From an uncultured Gammaproteobacteria bacterium (lineage in GTDB: Bacteria; Patescibacteriota; Microgenomatia; UBA12405), in NCBI GenBank assembly GCA_964549165.1, contig CAZJUH010000002.1:1896-65895 (forward strand): DNA of 64,000 bases, in the 5' to 3' direction. The notes under the pieces are model-generated. The model had not been told where the DNA came from, did not search any database, and saw only the letters and a list, made by a program, of their open reading frames with translations. Below are positions 7,529-18,100 of this stretch, piece by piece (the first letter of the stretch is position 1; each line of letters starts with the position of its first letter). The position numbers and the translations under genes are program-made.

Positions 7529-9576
7529 TGGAGGCTTCCTATTATTGGCTCATTTCTATCACTACCCAGGCTGTTTCTGTCGGCTTAATAAAACGAGATA
7601 ATCCAAATACCTTGGTGGCCCTTGGTCCGGAAACCGAATGGCTTTCTGATAATCCTGATTCCTTTCTTCATTCTGTTGATATTTCTCTCTCTGCTGCTGC
7701 CGAAAAAGCTCTTTTGGAACCTGAGCAAGAACCGGAATTTAGTGCTTTTATCTTACCTCCAAGTTGGATTGGCAATGATGGCAAAATATTTTCCAATTAC
7801 TTAAAATTACTCGAAAGCCTCTGTCATTCTCTCGAGCTAAAACCACTTGGTTTTATTAGTAATGATGAGGCATTTATTGAATCAGTCAATAAAAATGATT
7901 CTTTTCCCCCTAGTTTTATTCTTGTTTATTTAGGAAAAAAAGAATTTTCTCTGTCCCTGGTTTATCTCGGAGAAGTTAAAAAACGCCTAAGTCAAACTTT
8001 AATCAATGATTTTTCCCCCGAGGATCTGGAAAATGCCCTTCTTACCATTCAAATGGAATCAGCTCTGCCACCTAGAATTTTAATTTTTGGTAATTTAAAC
8101 CAGGGTATTGTTGATGATTTAAAAAATTACTCCTGGGTTGGCAAAAAAAATATTGAAACTTTTCTTCATTTACCTGATGTTACTGCCTTTGAACCTGAAG
8201 AATTATTTAGTCTTTATAGCCAAACCGTTTCTTCTCAAATTGATAATAATCCGGTTGAAACCAAACTCGAAACTCCATCAACTCCACTAGTTGAAGAAGA
8301 AAATCTGGTTGAAGCTGAAACTATTTCTCCGGAAAACGAAGTTGCTCCCGAGGATTTAGGTTTTACTGAGACTGTCGAGCTAAACGAATCAAAGCCCAAA
8401 GTCAAAATCACTCTTCCGGCTTTTTCTTTTCCTAAATTTAAAATACCTCATCTAAATTTTAATCCTTGGTTTTTGTTGCCCCTGGCTTTATCCCCACTCT
8501 TAATTTTAATTCCTTATTTTTTGATAAAAGCCGAAATTACTATTAATTTTAACCCAATAGAAATAAATAAAGATTTTAATCTAAGCCTTGACTCAACTGC
8601 CACTTCAGTTTCAAGTACCCTTCTACCCGCTGATAAAAAGATTATCGATTTAAATTTTTCCGAATCACTTCCAACTACTGGTCAAAAAGAAACAGGTGAC
8701 AAGGCCAAAGGTGAAATCACTATCTTTAATAAAGCCGATAAAATTCAAAATATTTCTAAGGGAACTGTAATGACTGATAACTCAAACAAAAAATATGAAC
8801 TTTTAACTTCGATTCAGGTTCCCTCTTCTTCTTTTAATTTAGGCTCTGGGACTATTACTATGGGTCAGACAAAGGCAAATGCTATTGCTAGCGATATCGG
8901 CTCTGAATTTAATTTAAATAAAGACACTTTATTAAGTTTTAAAGATGATTCCAATCTCCTCGCCAAGGTAAATGAAGGCTTTACTGGGGGGAGTCGTCGT
9001 CAAATCCGAGTTGTTAGTGTTGATGATAAAAATAAATTAAGCCAATCAGTTGAGGCATCTTTGGGGACTCAAATTTCTCAAAAGATAAATTCAGATAGTA
9101 ATTACCGCGAGCTCTTAAAAGAGACTCTTTTTGTTGACAAAAAACAATTAGTTTTCAGCCGGGAGATAGGTGAAGAAGCCGAAACCCTAGAAGTTAATGC
9201 CAACTTAACTATTTCTCTTCTCCAAATTAATCCCCAGAAAAAAGATAGTATCATCAAAACTCTCCTAGCTAGTGATCAAAACTTTCTTCAGTCGGTGGCC
9301 TCTCCTTCTGATTTTACTTTTTCTTTTACTGCCACTAAAAACAGTTCTCAAAAATCAATCGGAAAACTAACCCTTACTGGTAAGACCTTACCCAAGATTG
9401 ACGTTGACCATCTTCGTTCACTTTTAGCTGGTAAAGATTTTACCAAAGCCATGAGGATAATTGAGTCTCAACCACGTGTCTACGATCGGAATATTCAAAT
9501 TATTCCCTCAGTATTTTCCTTTTTAAAAAGATTACCCCCCTCAGCCGATAAAATTACCATTATTTCTAAATTTTAA
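7528..9576 (+). CDS. Large hypothetical membrane protein (682 aa). The N-terminal cytoplasmic region is possibly actin-like/PilM-FtsA-like. It has a central TM segment and a Ser/Thr-rich extracellular C-terminus.
   Basis: Hydrophobic segment FLLPLALSPLLILIPYFLI. No confident family assignment. Confidence 0.35.
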   Translation: MEASYYWLISITTQAVSVGLIKRDNPNTLVALGPETEWLSDNPDSFLHSVDISLSAAAEKALLEPEQEPEFSAFILPPSWIGNDGKIFSNYLKLLESLCHSLELKPLGFISNDEAFIESVNKNDSFPPSFILVYLGKKEFSLSLVYLGEVKKRLSQTLINDFSPEDLENALLTIQMESALPPRILIFGNLNQGIVDDLKNYSWVGKKNIETFLHLPDVTAFEPEELFSLYSQTVSSQIDNNPVETKLETPSTPLVEEENLVEAETISPENEVAPEDLGFTETVELNESKPKVKITLPAFSFPKFKIPHLNFNPWFLLPLALSPLLILIPYFLIKAEITINFNPIEINKDFNLSLDSTATSVSSTLLPADKKIIDLNFSESLPTTGQKETGDKAKGEITIFNKADKIQNISKGTVMTDNSNKKYELLTSIQVPSSSFNLGSGTITMGQTKANAIASDIGSEFNLNKDTLLSFKDDSNLLAKVNEGFTGGSRRQIRVVSVDDKNKLSQSVEASLGTQISQKINSDSNYRELLKETLFVDKKQLVFSREIGEEAETLEVNANLTISLLQINPQKKDSIIKTLLASDQNFLQSVASPSDFTFSFTATKNSSQKSIGKLTLTGKTLPKIDVDHLRSLLAGKDFTKAMRIIESQPRVYDRNIQIIPSVFSFLKRLPPSADKITIISKF

Positions 9577-9577
9577 A

Positions 9578-10312
9578 ATGAGTTATCTTTATGTCAAAAG
9601 TCCGCCAAAGACTGTCAGGCGAAGAAGGGTTATTTCTTCCAGTCACAAAAAATATTTTGCCTCTTTTTTTCTTTTTTCGGGGATATTTTTATTTCTCTCC
9701 GCTATTTTACCCATTCTTCAGTTTCAGCTCGGTTATTCCACTAAATTTAATCAAATCCTAAACCCTTTATCACCTCAATTTTACAACCATCCTGGTTCAG
9801 TCCTTGGCGATGTAAATACTGATTACACCCAGCTTTCCAATTGGTTCGTCAATGATCCTGGGCAAAACATTTCTTCTCCTTTACCAAATTATTCTCTTTC
9901 TTCTTACTATGTTTCCATCCCAAAGCTAAAAATAAAAGAGGCGCAGGTTATTTTTGGTAGTACTGATTTAAAAAAAAGTTTAATTCATTATCCTAAAACG
10001 GCTCTCCCTGGTCAGTATGGTTCACCTGTAATATTTGGCCACTCGGTTTTACCTCAGTTTTTTAACCCCGAGTCTTATCTAACTATTTTTTCGACCCTTT
10101 ATAAACTAAAACAAGGCGATGAAATTTTTGTCAATTATGATCAAATTCAATATAAATATTTAGTTGAAGAAATGTTTGAAATTCAACCTACGGACCTTTC
10201 GGTCTTAGAGCAACGCTTTGATGGTCGTTACATTACTCTCATTACCTGTTCTCCCCCAGGGACTTATTTGCGTCGTTTAATTATAAAAGGTAGAATTGCT
10301 GACAACCTATGA
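9578..10312 (+). CDS. Sortase-family transpeptidase
   Basis: N-terminal TM anchor, catalytic His context (IFGHSV), the TLxTC motif (ITLITCSPP) and a conserved Arg (YLRRL). Confidence 0.7.
   Translation: MSYLYVKSPPKTVRRRRVISSSHKKYFASFFLFSGIFLFLSAILPILQFQLGYSTKFNQILNPLSPQFYNHPGSVLGDVNTDYTQLSNWFVNDPGQNISSPLPNYSLSSYYVSIPKLKIKEAQVIFGSTDLKKSLIHYPKTALPGQYGSPVIFGHSVLPQFFNPESYLTIFSTLYKLKQGDEIFVNYDQIQYKYLVEEMFEIQPTDLSVLEQRFDGRYITLITCSPPGTYLRRLIIKGRIADNL
9601..9624. repeat. Possible degenerate or deleted copy of the TCCGCC-AAA-GGCGGA element inside the sortase 5' end. It is read in a different frame from the other copies, giving SPPKTVRRR.
   Basis: Both outer arms match the family (TCCGCCAAAG...TCAGGCGAAG), but the central GCGGATCCGCC is replaced by ACTG. 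Confidence 0.3.
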
Positions 10313-10680
10313 ACTCTCTTGCGATCGACTTTGGTACCAAAAGAATTGGTCTGGCCTATTCTTTAAATAATATAATTTTTACCCTACCAATGCTTAATAA
10401 TGATGATGAAATTTTCAAAAAACTTTCTCAGATAGTTTTAGATTATAAAATTAATAAAATTTATGTTGGTCTTTCCGAGGGCAAGATGGCTCAGATTACC
10501 AAAACCTTTGTTTTAAAGCTTTCAAACATGATAAAATTACCTATCGAAACAGTTGAAGAGGCAGTCTCGACAATTGAAGCCGATAATCTTTTTCTCAAGA
10601 ATAAAAAAAAACATAAGGTGTATCAAAAAGAAATCGATTCTATGGCTGCCGCCATTATTCTAAATCGGGTTATTAATTAA
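10309..10680 (+). CDS. ruvX: Putative pre-16S rRNA nuclease / Holliday-junction resolvase-like protein YqgF (RuvX)
   Basis: N-terminal IDFGTKRIGLAYS, RNase H-like fold. Confidence 0.75.
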   Translation: MNSLAIDFGTKRIGLAYSLNNIIFTLPMLNNDDEIFKKLSQIVLDYKINKIYVGLSEGKMAQITKTFVLKLSNMIKLPIETVEEAVSTIEADNLFLKNKKKHKVYQKEIDSMAAAIILNRVIN

Positions 10681-10688
10681 TAGAAAGT

Positions 10689-10886
10689 ATGTTTAAAAAT
10701 CTAATTTCCCCTATTCAAGCTTGGTTGTTATCTCAGGGCCGTTGCGTTGGTTGCGGGGAAGAACTTTCCAAGGGTCAAAGAAAAGTTATTCGAGGACAAA
10801 CTACGGTTACTTGTCGTTGTGGTCGTATTTTCATTCATCATCACAAGACCGACACTTATCGCCGAGCTCTTTTCAATGAAATTTAA
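10689..10886 (+). CDS. Small Zn-ribbon protein (CxxC...CxC). It would end at the proposed mltG start.
   Basis: CVGCG...CRCGRIF motif. It may instead be the 5' part of a longer mltG reading frame. Confidence 0.25.
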   Translation: MFKNLISPIQAWLLSQGRCVGCGEELSKGQRKVIRGQTTVTCRCGRIFIHHHKTDTYRRALFNEI

Positions 10887-11805
10887 AAGTAGATTAGTTG
10901 CCATTTTTTTAGTTATTTTTTTCGTCCTAATTTTTTATTTTTATCTTTCTCTCTTGCCTCCATCCTCTGATTCATCCAAAAAAGTTTTTGTTATCAACGA
11001 GGGTGACAGTCTGTCAACGATTGCCCTTCGTTTAGAAAAAAATAAATTTATTAAAAATCGCTTTAGTTTTATTGTTTATAGTTATTTACTTGGGTTAAAC
11101 CAAAAAATTCAAGCCGGTAATTTTTATCTGACTTCATCCCAAAAAATACCGGATTTAATCAAAAATATTAGTCGCGGCGGGAGTACTGATTATTGGCTAA
11201 AAATTATTCCTGGTACCAGGGTTGAACAATTTTCTCCCAGTCCTGAGTTTACTCTTATAAGTCAGGATCTAGAGGGTAAATTATTTCCCGATAGTTATCT
11301 AATCCCGCAGGACTATACTCCCGAAAATATATTATCTATTATTGCCAAAAATTATCAGCAAAAATTATCGCAGGCCCAGCTTGGAGCTACTACTAAATAT
11401 TCCGATAAAGACGTCTTAATTATTGCTTCACTTTTAGAGCGTGAAGCCAAAGGATTAACTGACAAAAAAATTATTGCCGGAATAATTGACAATCGTTTAA
11501 GTACTCATATGCCTCTTCAAATTGATGCCACCATTCAGTATGCGAGGGATTCTCTCGGGAATACTATTGATTTTTGGAAACCTATCGCCAAAGCTGATAT
11601 AAATATTGTTTCTCCTTTTAACACTTACAAAAATCAAGGTCTACCCCCCGCGCCCATTTGCAATCCCGGTCTTGATTCCATTATCGCTGCTTATCATCCG
11701 AGTATTACTGATTATCTCTATTATATTCACAATACTACCGACCAAATTCATTATGCTTCAACTTTGTCGGAGCACAACGCCAACATTGCCAAATATTTAA
11801 AATAA
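10876..11805 (+). CDS. mltG: Endolytic murein transglycosylase MltG (YceG family)
   Basis: N-terminal TM segment and the YceG domain. Start chosen at the internal Met (MKFKSRL...). Confidence 0.75.
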   Translation: MKFKSRLVAIFLVIFFVLIFYFYLSLLPPSSDSSKKVFVINEGDSLSTIALRLEKNKFIKNRFSFIVYSYLLGLNQKIQAGNFYLTSSQKIPDLIKNISRGGSTDYWLKIIPGTRVEQFSPSPEFTLISQDLEGKLFPDSYLIPQDYTPENILSIIAKNYQQKLSQAQLGATTKYSDKDVLIIASLLEREAKGLTDKKIIAGIIDNRLSTHMPLQIDATIQYARDSLGNTIDFWKPIAKADINIVSPFNTYKNQGLPPAPICNPGLDSIIAAYHPSITDYLYYIHNTTDQIHYASTLSEHNANIAKYLK

Positions 11806-12891
11806 CTATTTCTCTTTTTTATTTACGAGATCGTTCAATATATTCCAACGTCTTTTTTTCTCACTCATTGGTATTTCATCTTTAAATAGTTTTGCCGACA
11901 CGGTTCCCCTTCGGGGTGAATATTTGTTTAAATAGGTAATTTCAAAATCAACCTTTTTACATACATCAACCGTATTTTGAAACGCTTTTTTATCCTCGCC
12001 GGGAAAGCCAATAATAATATCGGTTGAAAATCTGACATCAGTCACTTTATCTTTAATTTTTTTGACTAAATCTAAATATTCTTTTTGGGTATAGCCACGG
12101 TTCATATTTTTTAGCACTGTATCATCGCCAGATTGAAAGGGGAGATGAAGAAGCCTATCAATATTATGGTATTTACCTATAATTTCTATTAATTCATCCG
12201 AAAAATCCCAGGGGTTACTACTGATAAAAGACACTTTTGTTAATTCTTTTTTCGCCACCTCTTCAAGCAACTTCGGGAAAGCGCTTTTAATTCTTTTTTT
12301 ACCCATTGAAGATTGAAGATTGCAGATTGAAGATTGATTTAAATCTGCCCCATACGAATTTACGTTTTGTCCGATGAGTACAACCTCCTTAAATCCTCTT
12401 TTAATTGCCCCATCAACTTCTTTTAAAATATCCTCAATTTTACGTGATATTTCCTTTCCCCTGGCATAGGGCACAATACAATAAGAACAGTAGTTGTTAC
12501 AGCCGCTACTAATAGTAATTAAAGCTGCTCTTTTTTTATCTCTGAGTGCCTCCACTTCAAAGCTTATCTTTTTAATTGGTAGCATTTCATCGACTCCCTT
12601 AATATTTTTTTTAGAAATCGGCACCAAGCATCCCGTCAAAATAATTCTTCGTCTCGCCGAAGCATTTGCGGAGGCGGATTCCGCTTTTCTTATCTTATCT
12701 ATTAGTCCATACACCCTATTCTCGGCTGATTCCCGAATGACACAGCTATTGATAACAATAAGGTTAGCTTCTTTCCAGTTTTCTACGAGCCGATATCCTT
12801 TGTCTTGATAATAAGTCTTTATTCTTTCCGAATCAGATTCGTTTTGAGCACAGCCAAATGTTTTTAGATATAGTTTATTTTTTCGTAGCAC
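11806..12891 (-). CDS. Radical-SAM methylthiotransferase of the MiaB/RimO family (no TRAM domain seen)
   Basis: N-terminal MTTase domain (TFGCAQNESDSE), radical-SAM CxxxCxxC (SSGCNNYCSYC). Confidence 0.8.
   Translation of the reverse strand: MLRKNKLYLKTFGCAQNESDSERIKTYYQDKGYRLVENWKEANLIVINSCVIRESAENRVYGLIDKIRKAESASANASARRRIILTGCLVPISKKNIKGVDEMLPIKKISFEVEALRDKKRAALITISSGCNNYCSYCIVPYARGKEISRKIEDILKEVDGAIKRGFKEVVLIGQNVNSYGADLNQSSICNLQSSMGKKRIKSAFPKLLEEVAKKELTKVSFISSNPWDFSDELIEIIGKYHNIDRLLHLPFQSGDDTVLKNMNRGYTQKEYLDLVKKIKDKVTDVRFSTDIIIGFPGEDKKAFQNTVDVCKKVDFEITYLNKYSPRRGTVSAKLFKDEIPMSEKKRRWNILNDLVNKKEK
12305..12338. repeat. GATTGAA-type heptamer array (x5) inserted in-frame in the MiaB-like gene. 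It encodes NQSSICNLQSS.
   Basis: Seen directly. A near-identical array occurs at 26955-26987 in an unrelated gene. Confidence 0.55.
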
Positions 12892-13366
12892 GAATCATTT
12901 TACCACCACCCACTATTCCTCCAGCTCCGGTTAATAAAGCGATTAATCCAGGCCAGATGACTCCCGCGGCAGGCAAAGCCTCGGTGCCACTGTCGCTATT
13001 GACCGCATCCCAGTTAACATTGTCAACGCCAGTGGTTAGAGTAAAACTAATATTTGATCCACTACTGGTCAATACTACTTGATGATCCCCGTCAGTTAAA
13101 GCAGGGGAGCTATAGCTCCAATTTCCTGATTCATCGGCTACCGCAGTTCCTTTTTCTCCATCAATATCAATTTCAACCGAAGCACCAGCGGCCGCATCGC
13201 CCAATAATACTGGGCTTGAGCCTGTGTACCACCATTGCGATAACTGTCGGCCACTAGTGTTAACTCCACCAATCGATTTTAAATTAAAACCCCCAGCCAT
13301 AACTTTGTTTCCAGAAAACAAAAATAAAGCACCAACCATAAAAGAGAAAAATATTTTTTTAATCAT
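12875..13366 (-). CDS. Secreted surface protein with an Ig-like region and a sortase-type C-terminal sorting signal (LPAAG, hydrophobic stretch, basic tail)
   Basis: Signal peptide MIKKIFFSFMVGALFLFSGNKVMA. The C-terminus reads LPAAGVIWPGLIALLTGAGGIVGGGKMIRATKK. Confidence 0.6.
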   Translation of the reverse strand: MIKKIFFSFMVGALFLFSGNKVMAGGFNLKSIGGVNTSGRQLSQWWYTGSSPVLLGDAAAGASVEIDIDGEKGTAVADESGNWSYSSPALTDGDHQVVLTSSGSNISFTLTTGVDNVNWDAVNSDSGTEALPAAGVIWPGLIALLTGAGGIVGGGKMIRATKK

Positions 13367-13429
13367 AAATAAATATACAATAAAATCTATTTTATTGCAC
13401 TCCAGTCTCAATAATGAGATTATTATTTC

Positions 13430-14416
13430 ATGACAGACAATCAACCAAACCCTAGCTATCAAGATATTTTAGACAAGTACGCTGAAAGTATTAGCTCAAA
13501 AGAAAACCCCCAGATTCCTGAGGAAAAAATTATTAAACCCGAGCCGGAATTAGAACCAATTAATCCTCCTCAGTCCATCCTTACCCCAGAAGAAGAAATT
13601 GTTAAATCACCGCCTCAAATCGAAGCTCCTCCGACTCCTGAGGCAATTAACCCTCCTACGCCCCTCGTCTCGCCGGAGCCTTCTAGCGAAGGCGGATCTG
13701 ACCTTATTTCACCGCCTAAAAAAGAAAATCATTTCTTTAAATATCTCTTTTTCTTTTCCTTAATTGTTTTTATTATTGTCTTGGTTTTAGTCGTTATTTC
13801 TTTTTTAAATTCTCAAAAACCAATTTCAAATAGTCCAGAAATTCCCATAAATAATGTTTCCCCAACTTCTGCCCCGACTGATTTTTGCGAACTCAATGAT
13901 CAAAAACACTCAGTTGGTACAACTTTTTCTGCTAACGATGGCTGCAATACCTGTACCTGTGGGGAGGATTTAATCATTAACTGCACTACCAAAACCTGCG
14001 ACCTCACCCCAACTCTCCCCGCCACATCTTCACCATCTGCCAAACCATCAACCAGCACTCTTAAATCTCAAGTCGAAGATTGGAAAACTTATACCAAAAG
14101 TAGTGAAAATTTATCTTGGGATAAGTGCGAAGAAGAATCAACAGTTTCTGTAAGTCTCAAAGATGTGGTGTCAAAAAATCCAATTTTTACTAAAAGAATA
14201 GATGGTGTTTATTTAGCTTATTCTTTAAAATCAAATTTTACTGCCGAAGATATCGGTAAATTTGTCATGTGTCAAGCCGGAGGAGAATATCCTATAAAAA
14301 TTATTGAGGATAAAATTTTATGGGTTCATGCTTGTTCAACGGGAATTGCTCCAGATAATCCCAAATGTGAGGACACTCTCACTGCAATAAAAAAACTCTA
14401 TGGTTATGTAAAATAA
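13430..14416 (+). CDS. Hypothetical membrane protein: Pro/Glu-rich N-terminus, one TM segment, and a Cys-rich extracellular domain
   Basis: TM segment YLFFFSLIVFIIVLVLVVISFL. About 8 Cys in the ectodomain. Confidence 0.4.
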   Translation: MTDNQPNPSYQDILDKYAESISSKENPQIPEEKIIKPEPELEPINPPQSILTPEEEIVKSPPQIEAPPTPEAINPPTPLVSPEPSSEGGSDLISPPKKENHFFKYLFFFSLIVFIIVLVLVVISFLNSQKPISNSPEIPINNVSPTSAPTDFCELNDQKHSVGTTFSANDGCNTCTCGEDLIINCTTKTCDLTPTLPATSSPSAKPSTSTLKSQVEDWKTYTKSSENLSWDKCEEESTVSVSLKDVVSKNPIFTKRIDGVYLAYSLKSNFTAEDIGKFVMCQAGGEYPIKIIEDKILWVHACSTGIAPDNPKCEDTLTAIKKLYGYVK

Positions 14417-14418
14417 TT

Positions 14419-14988
14419 ATGAACAAATCAAACTTACTTTTACCCTCTGTCTTAGCTGTTTTATTTACTTCTATTTTAATTATTCTTTCTCCAAATTCTC
14501 AAAAACTATCTCTTTCTTCTCCCACCCCTAGTCCCATTTCTACCGAATCGATTTCCCCCACCCCCGACTTCACCGCCGATTGGAAAACATATAATGACGA
14601 ATTACTTAAAGTAGAATTTAAATATCCTTCGCATTATATCCAAGAAATCACTCAAAATAATAGCTATTATTCTGTTGACCTTTTAGGTTTGGATTACCAG
14701 ACCATTGACAGCGATATGGGAACTCAAAGAAGGGGTACTTTTTTTATTATCACTGAAAATCCAAAATGTAATTCAGGTGCAATAATTGGTGAAACATTAA
14801 TTACTTCTAACAAAATTTATACTATTTACAAAATTAATGGGTACGAAGGTCCGGATTACAAATCTGCTGTTTTAAAAAAACCAAACGGTGATTGTTTAAG
14901 TTTTGGTTGTATGTCAGAAAATCTTTGTGAAGAATCGATTTTTGAAGATTTTGTTTCCATTCTCTCCACCTTTAAATTTATCCCCTAA
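14419..14988 (+). CDS. Hypothetical secreted protein
   Basis: N-terminal signal peptide. Cys-containing C-terminus. Confidence 0.35.
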   Translation: MNKSNLLLPSVLAVLFTSILIILSPNSQKLSLSSPTPSPISTESISPTPDFTADWKTYNDELLKVEFKYPSHYIQEITQNNSYYSVDLLGLDYQTIDSDMGTQRRGTFFIITENPKCNSGAIIGETLITSNKIYTIYKINGYEGPDYKSAVLKKPNGDCLSFGCMSENLCEESIFEDFVSILSTFKFIP

Positions 14989-14997
14989 ATCTCCCCC

Positions 14998-15026
14998 TTG
15001 CTCTACATATAAATTAAGTATATAAT
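14998..15026 (+). promoter_or_regulatory. Sigma70-like promoter TTGCTC-17-TATAAT upstream of rpoB, with a 5' UTR of about 95 nt
   Basis: Perfect -10 at 15021-15026. Confidence 0.45.
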
Positions 15027-15122
15027 TCTCCACATTTGGCGAGCGGTTGGTACATAACTCGCTTGTCCGCGCAATTGCAAAGCTATTGGCGGATCGCTTC
15101 TCTTATATTTTTAAACTTAACG

Positions 15123-18100
15123 ATGCCTTCCGCAAAAAGAACTAATTGGGGTAAAAAATATCCTCAAATTCCTGCTTTAGATTTATTAGCTGTTCAAAAA
15201 GAATCCTGGGAAAAATTTCTCAAAACCGATCTCGAAGAAACCGTCCGTGCCATTTCTCCTATCTCCGATTACACTGGTAACAACTGGCTTTTAGAACTGG
15301 GTGAACTTTTTTACGATAAACTGACCTTAACTCCAGAAATTTCCCGTCTTAAGGGTTTAAATTATACTGTTCCCGTCTATACCAAGGCTAAACTTACCAA
15401 TAAAAGAACTGGTCTCGTCCGTGAAGAAGATGTTTTTCTTCTAAATCTTCCTACCATGACCCCCGAAGCTACCTTTATTATTAATGGTATCGAAAGGGGA
15501 GTTATCAATCAATTAGTTCGCTCTCCCGGAGTGTATTTCACCAGTGAAATCGATCCTGCCACTGGCAAAACTCTCTGCAATGCGGAGATTCGCCCAGTTC
15601 GTGGTTCTTGGCTCGAATTTTTCATCGGCAAAAAAGATGTTATTTTTGCCCGTATTGACCGTAAAAAGAAAGTTCCTGCGACCATTATTCTCAGAGCCGC
15701 CGGGGCCTTAACCGACAAACAATTAGTTGGTGAATTCGGAGATTATATCAATGGTACTATTACCGCTGACCCCACCAAAACTCAAGAAGAAGCCTATCTC
15801 GAATTTTATCGCAAGCTTCGTCCCGGTGAACCAGTTGTTCTTGAAAACGCTCAAAAATTTTTCAACGACCGCTTTTTTGATCTTCGAACTTACGAGCTCG
15901 GTCAAGTCGGCCGCCACAAAATCAATAAAAAGTTCTCCTTTAATTTCTCTGACGAAAATAAAGAAAATTGGGTTATCAAAAAAGAAGATTTAATCGCTAC
16001 TATCCGTCATTTAATTAAACTTCAAAAAGGTGAAGCGACTCATTTTGATGACATCGATTCTCTCGCCAATCGTCGTCTTCGCCGCTGTGGTGAAATCGTG
16101 GCTCAGGTCGCTCTTCGTCCTGCTATGGCCCGTTTTGAAAGAATGGTCAAAGAGAGAATGTCTCTACTTTCCACCAAAGAAAAACCGACTCCATCTCAAA
16201 TGATCAATCCTCAGCCCCTTATTTCTTCTCTCAATACCTTTTTTAGAAGCAATCAGCTTTCAGCTATTCTAGACCAGACCAATCCTCTGGCTGAGCTTGA
16301 TTTACTTCGACGAGTCACCGTAGTTGGTGTCGGCGGTTTAACCCGCGAAAGAGCGGCTTTTTCTATCCGCGACGTTCATTCTTCTCAGTATGGCCGCATT
16401 TGTGCCGTTCGTTCTCCTGAAGGTCCAAATATTGGTCTTGTTACTTACCTCGCTCTTTATGCCAAGGTCAATAAATATGGTTTTATTGAAGCTCCTTTCC
16501 GAAAAATTGTCAAAGTCGGTAAAAATTATACCTTTTCCGATGATGTAATTTATATGGATGCTGACGATGAATACGATCATCAGATTACTCATCTTGGCAT
16601 TAAAATAGAAGACAATGTTATTAAACAAAATTGGGTTCCGGTTCGTTTTCAAGGTGAATTTTCCGAAGGTCCCATCGATCAAGTCAAATTCATTGATATG
16701 GTACCAAACGAAATTGTCGGTGCCTCTGCTTCTTTGATTCCTTTTATTGACCATGACGATGCCACCCGGGCTCTAATGGGCTCTCACATGCAGACTCAGG
16801 CTGTCCCTTTGGTTCAGCCCGAAGCTCCCATTGTAGGTACTGGTATGGAAGCTGACGTTGCTTCTGCCATGAGTCGCTGTGTCTTGTCAAAAAACAGTGG
16901 TACTGTTACTTATGTTGACGCTGACAAAGTCATTGTTGACGATATTACCTATCCTATAACAAAATTTGAAAGAACTTCACCTTATGGTACTTGTTACAAT
17001 CAACAGGTTCTCGTTAACCTTGGCGATAAGGTCAAAAAGGGCGATGTCTTAATTGATGGTCCAGCTACCAGTCAAGGAGAACTTTCTATTGGTCGGAATT
17101 TACTCGTCGCTTACGCTTCTGTTGACGGTTTGGGTTACGAAGATTCCTTTTTAATTTCTGATCGTTTAGTTAAAGAGGATGTTCTCACCAATATTCAAAT
17201 CTTCGAATACAAAGCCGATGTGGTTGAAACTAAACTTGGCACTGAAGAATTAACTAAAGATATTCCGAATGTATCTGAAGCAGAACTGGCTAAATTAACC
17301 GAAGATGGCATTGTCATGATTGGCGCCACTGTTGGTCCAAACGATATTCTTGTTGGCAAAGTCGAACCTCGAGGTGAAAAAGAATTAACTGCTGAAGAAA
17401 GGCTATTAAGAGCTATTTTTGGTGAAAAAGCCCGAGAAGTCAAAGACACTTCTCTTCGGGTTCCCAATGGTGAGGGTGGAGTCGTCATCAAAATTGAAAC
17501 TTTAGGTAAAGAAGATGGTGATGAACTTGATCCTGGTGTCAATAAAGTTGTCAAAGTTTACGTCGCTCAGCTTCGCCGAATTCAAGAAGGTGATAAAATC
17601 GCTGGTCGTCATGGAAACAAGGGTGTTATTTGCCGAATTATGCCTGAATATGATATGCCCCACCTTGCTGAAGGAACCCCAGTTGATTTGGTTATGTCAC
17701 CTCTTTCAGTTATTGCCCGTATGAATCTTGGTCAAATCCTCGAAGTTATTTTAGCAGCTGCCGGCCAAAAATTAAACAAAAAATATGCCGTACCTGTTTT
17801 CGAAAAATATAGTGAAGCTCAAATTGGTAAAGAACTTACCGAGGCTGGTCTTGCTGTCACCGGAAAAACTAAATTATTTGATGGTCGCACCGGCGATGCC
17901 TTCGATCAAGATGTGGTTATTGGTGTTGGTTATATTCTAAAACTCGTCCATATGGTTGATGACAAGGTTCATGCTCGTTCTACTGGTCCCTATTCTCTCG
18001 TTACTCAGCAGCCTCTTGGTGGAAAAGCCAGAATGGGTGGTCAACGTCTCGGGGAAATGGAAGTTTGGGCTCTTGAGGCTCATCAAGCGGCTCATATTTT

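Noticed and set aside
7317-7804. ORFs 7317-7601 and 7622-7804.
   Set aside because: They overlap the 3' end of alaS and the 5' end of the 7528 gene in other frames, and they are hydrophobic low-complexity translations of AT-rich DNA.
13685-13702. AAGGCGGATC in the 13430 ORF (encodes SEGGSD), considered as another copy of the GGATCC element.
   Set aside because: Only a 10-nt match, with no second arm. Too short to call.
15036-15122. The long upstream extension of rpoB (ORF track start at 15036).
   Set aside because: A consensus promoter (TTGCTC-17-TATAAT at 14998-15026) lies only about 10 nt upstream, and the conserved RpoB N-terminus begins at the Met at 15123. The extension is read-through of the 5' UTR.
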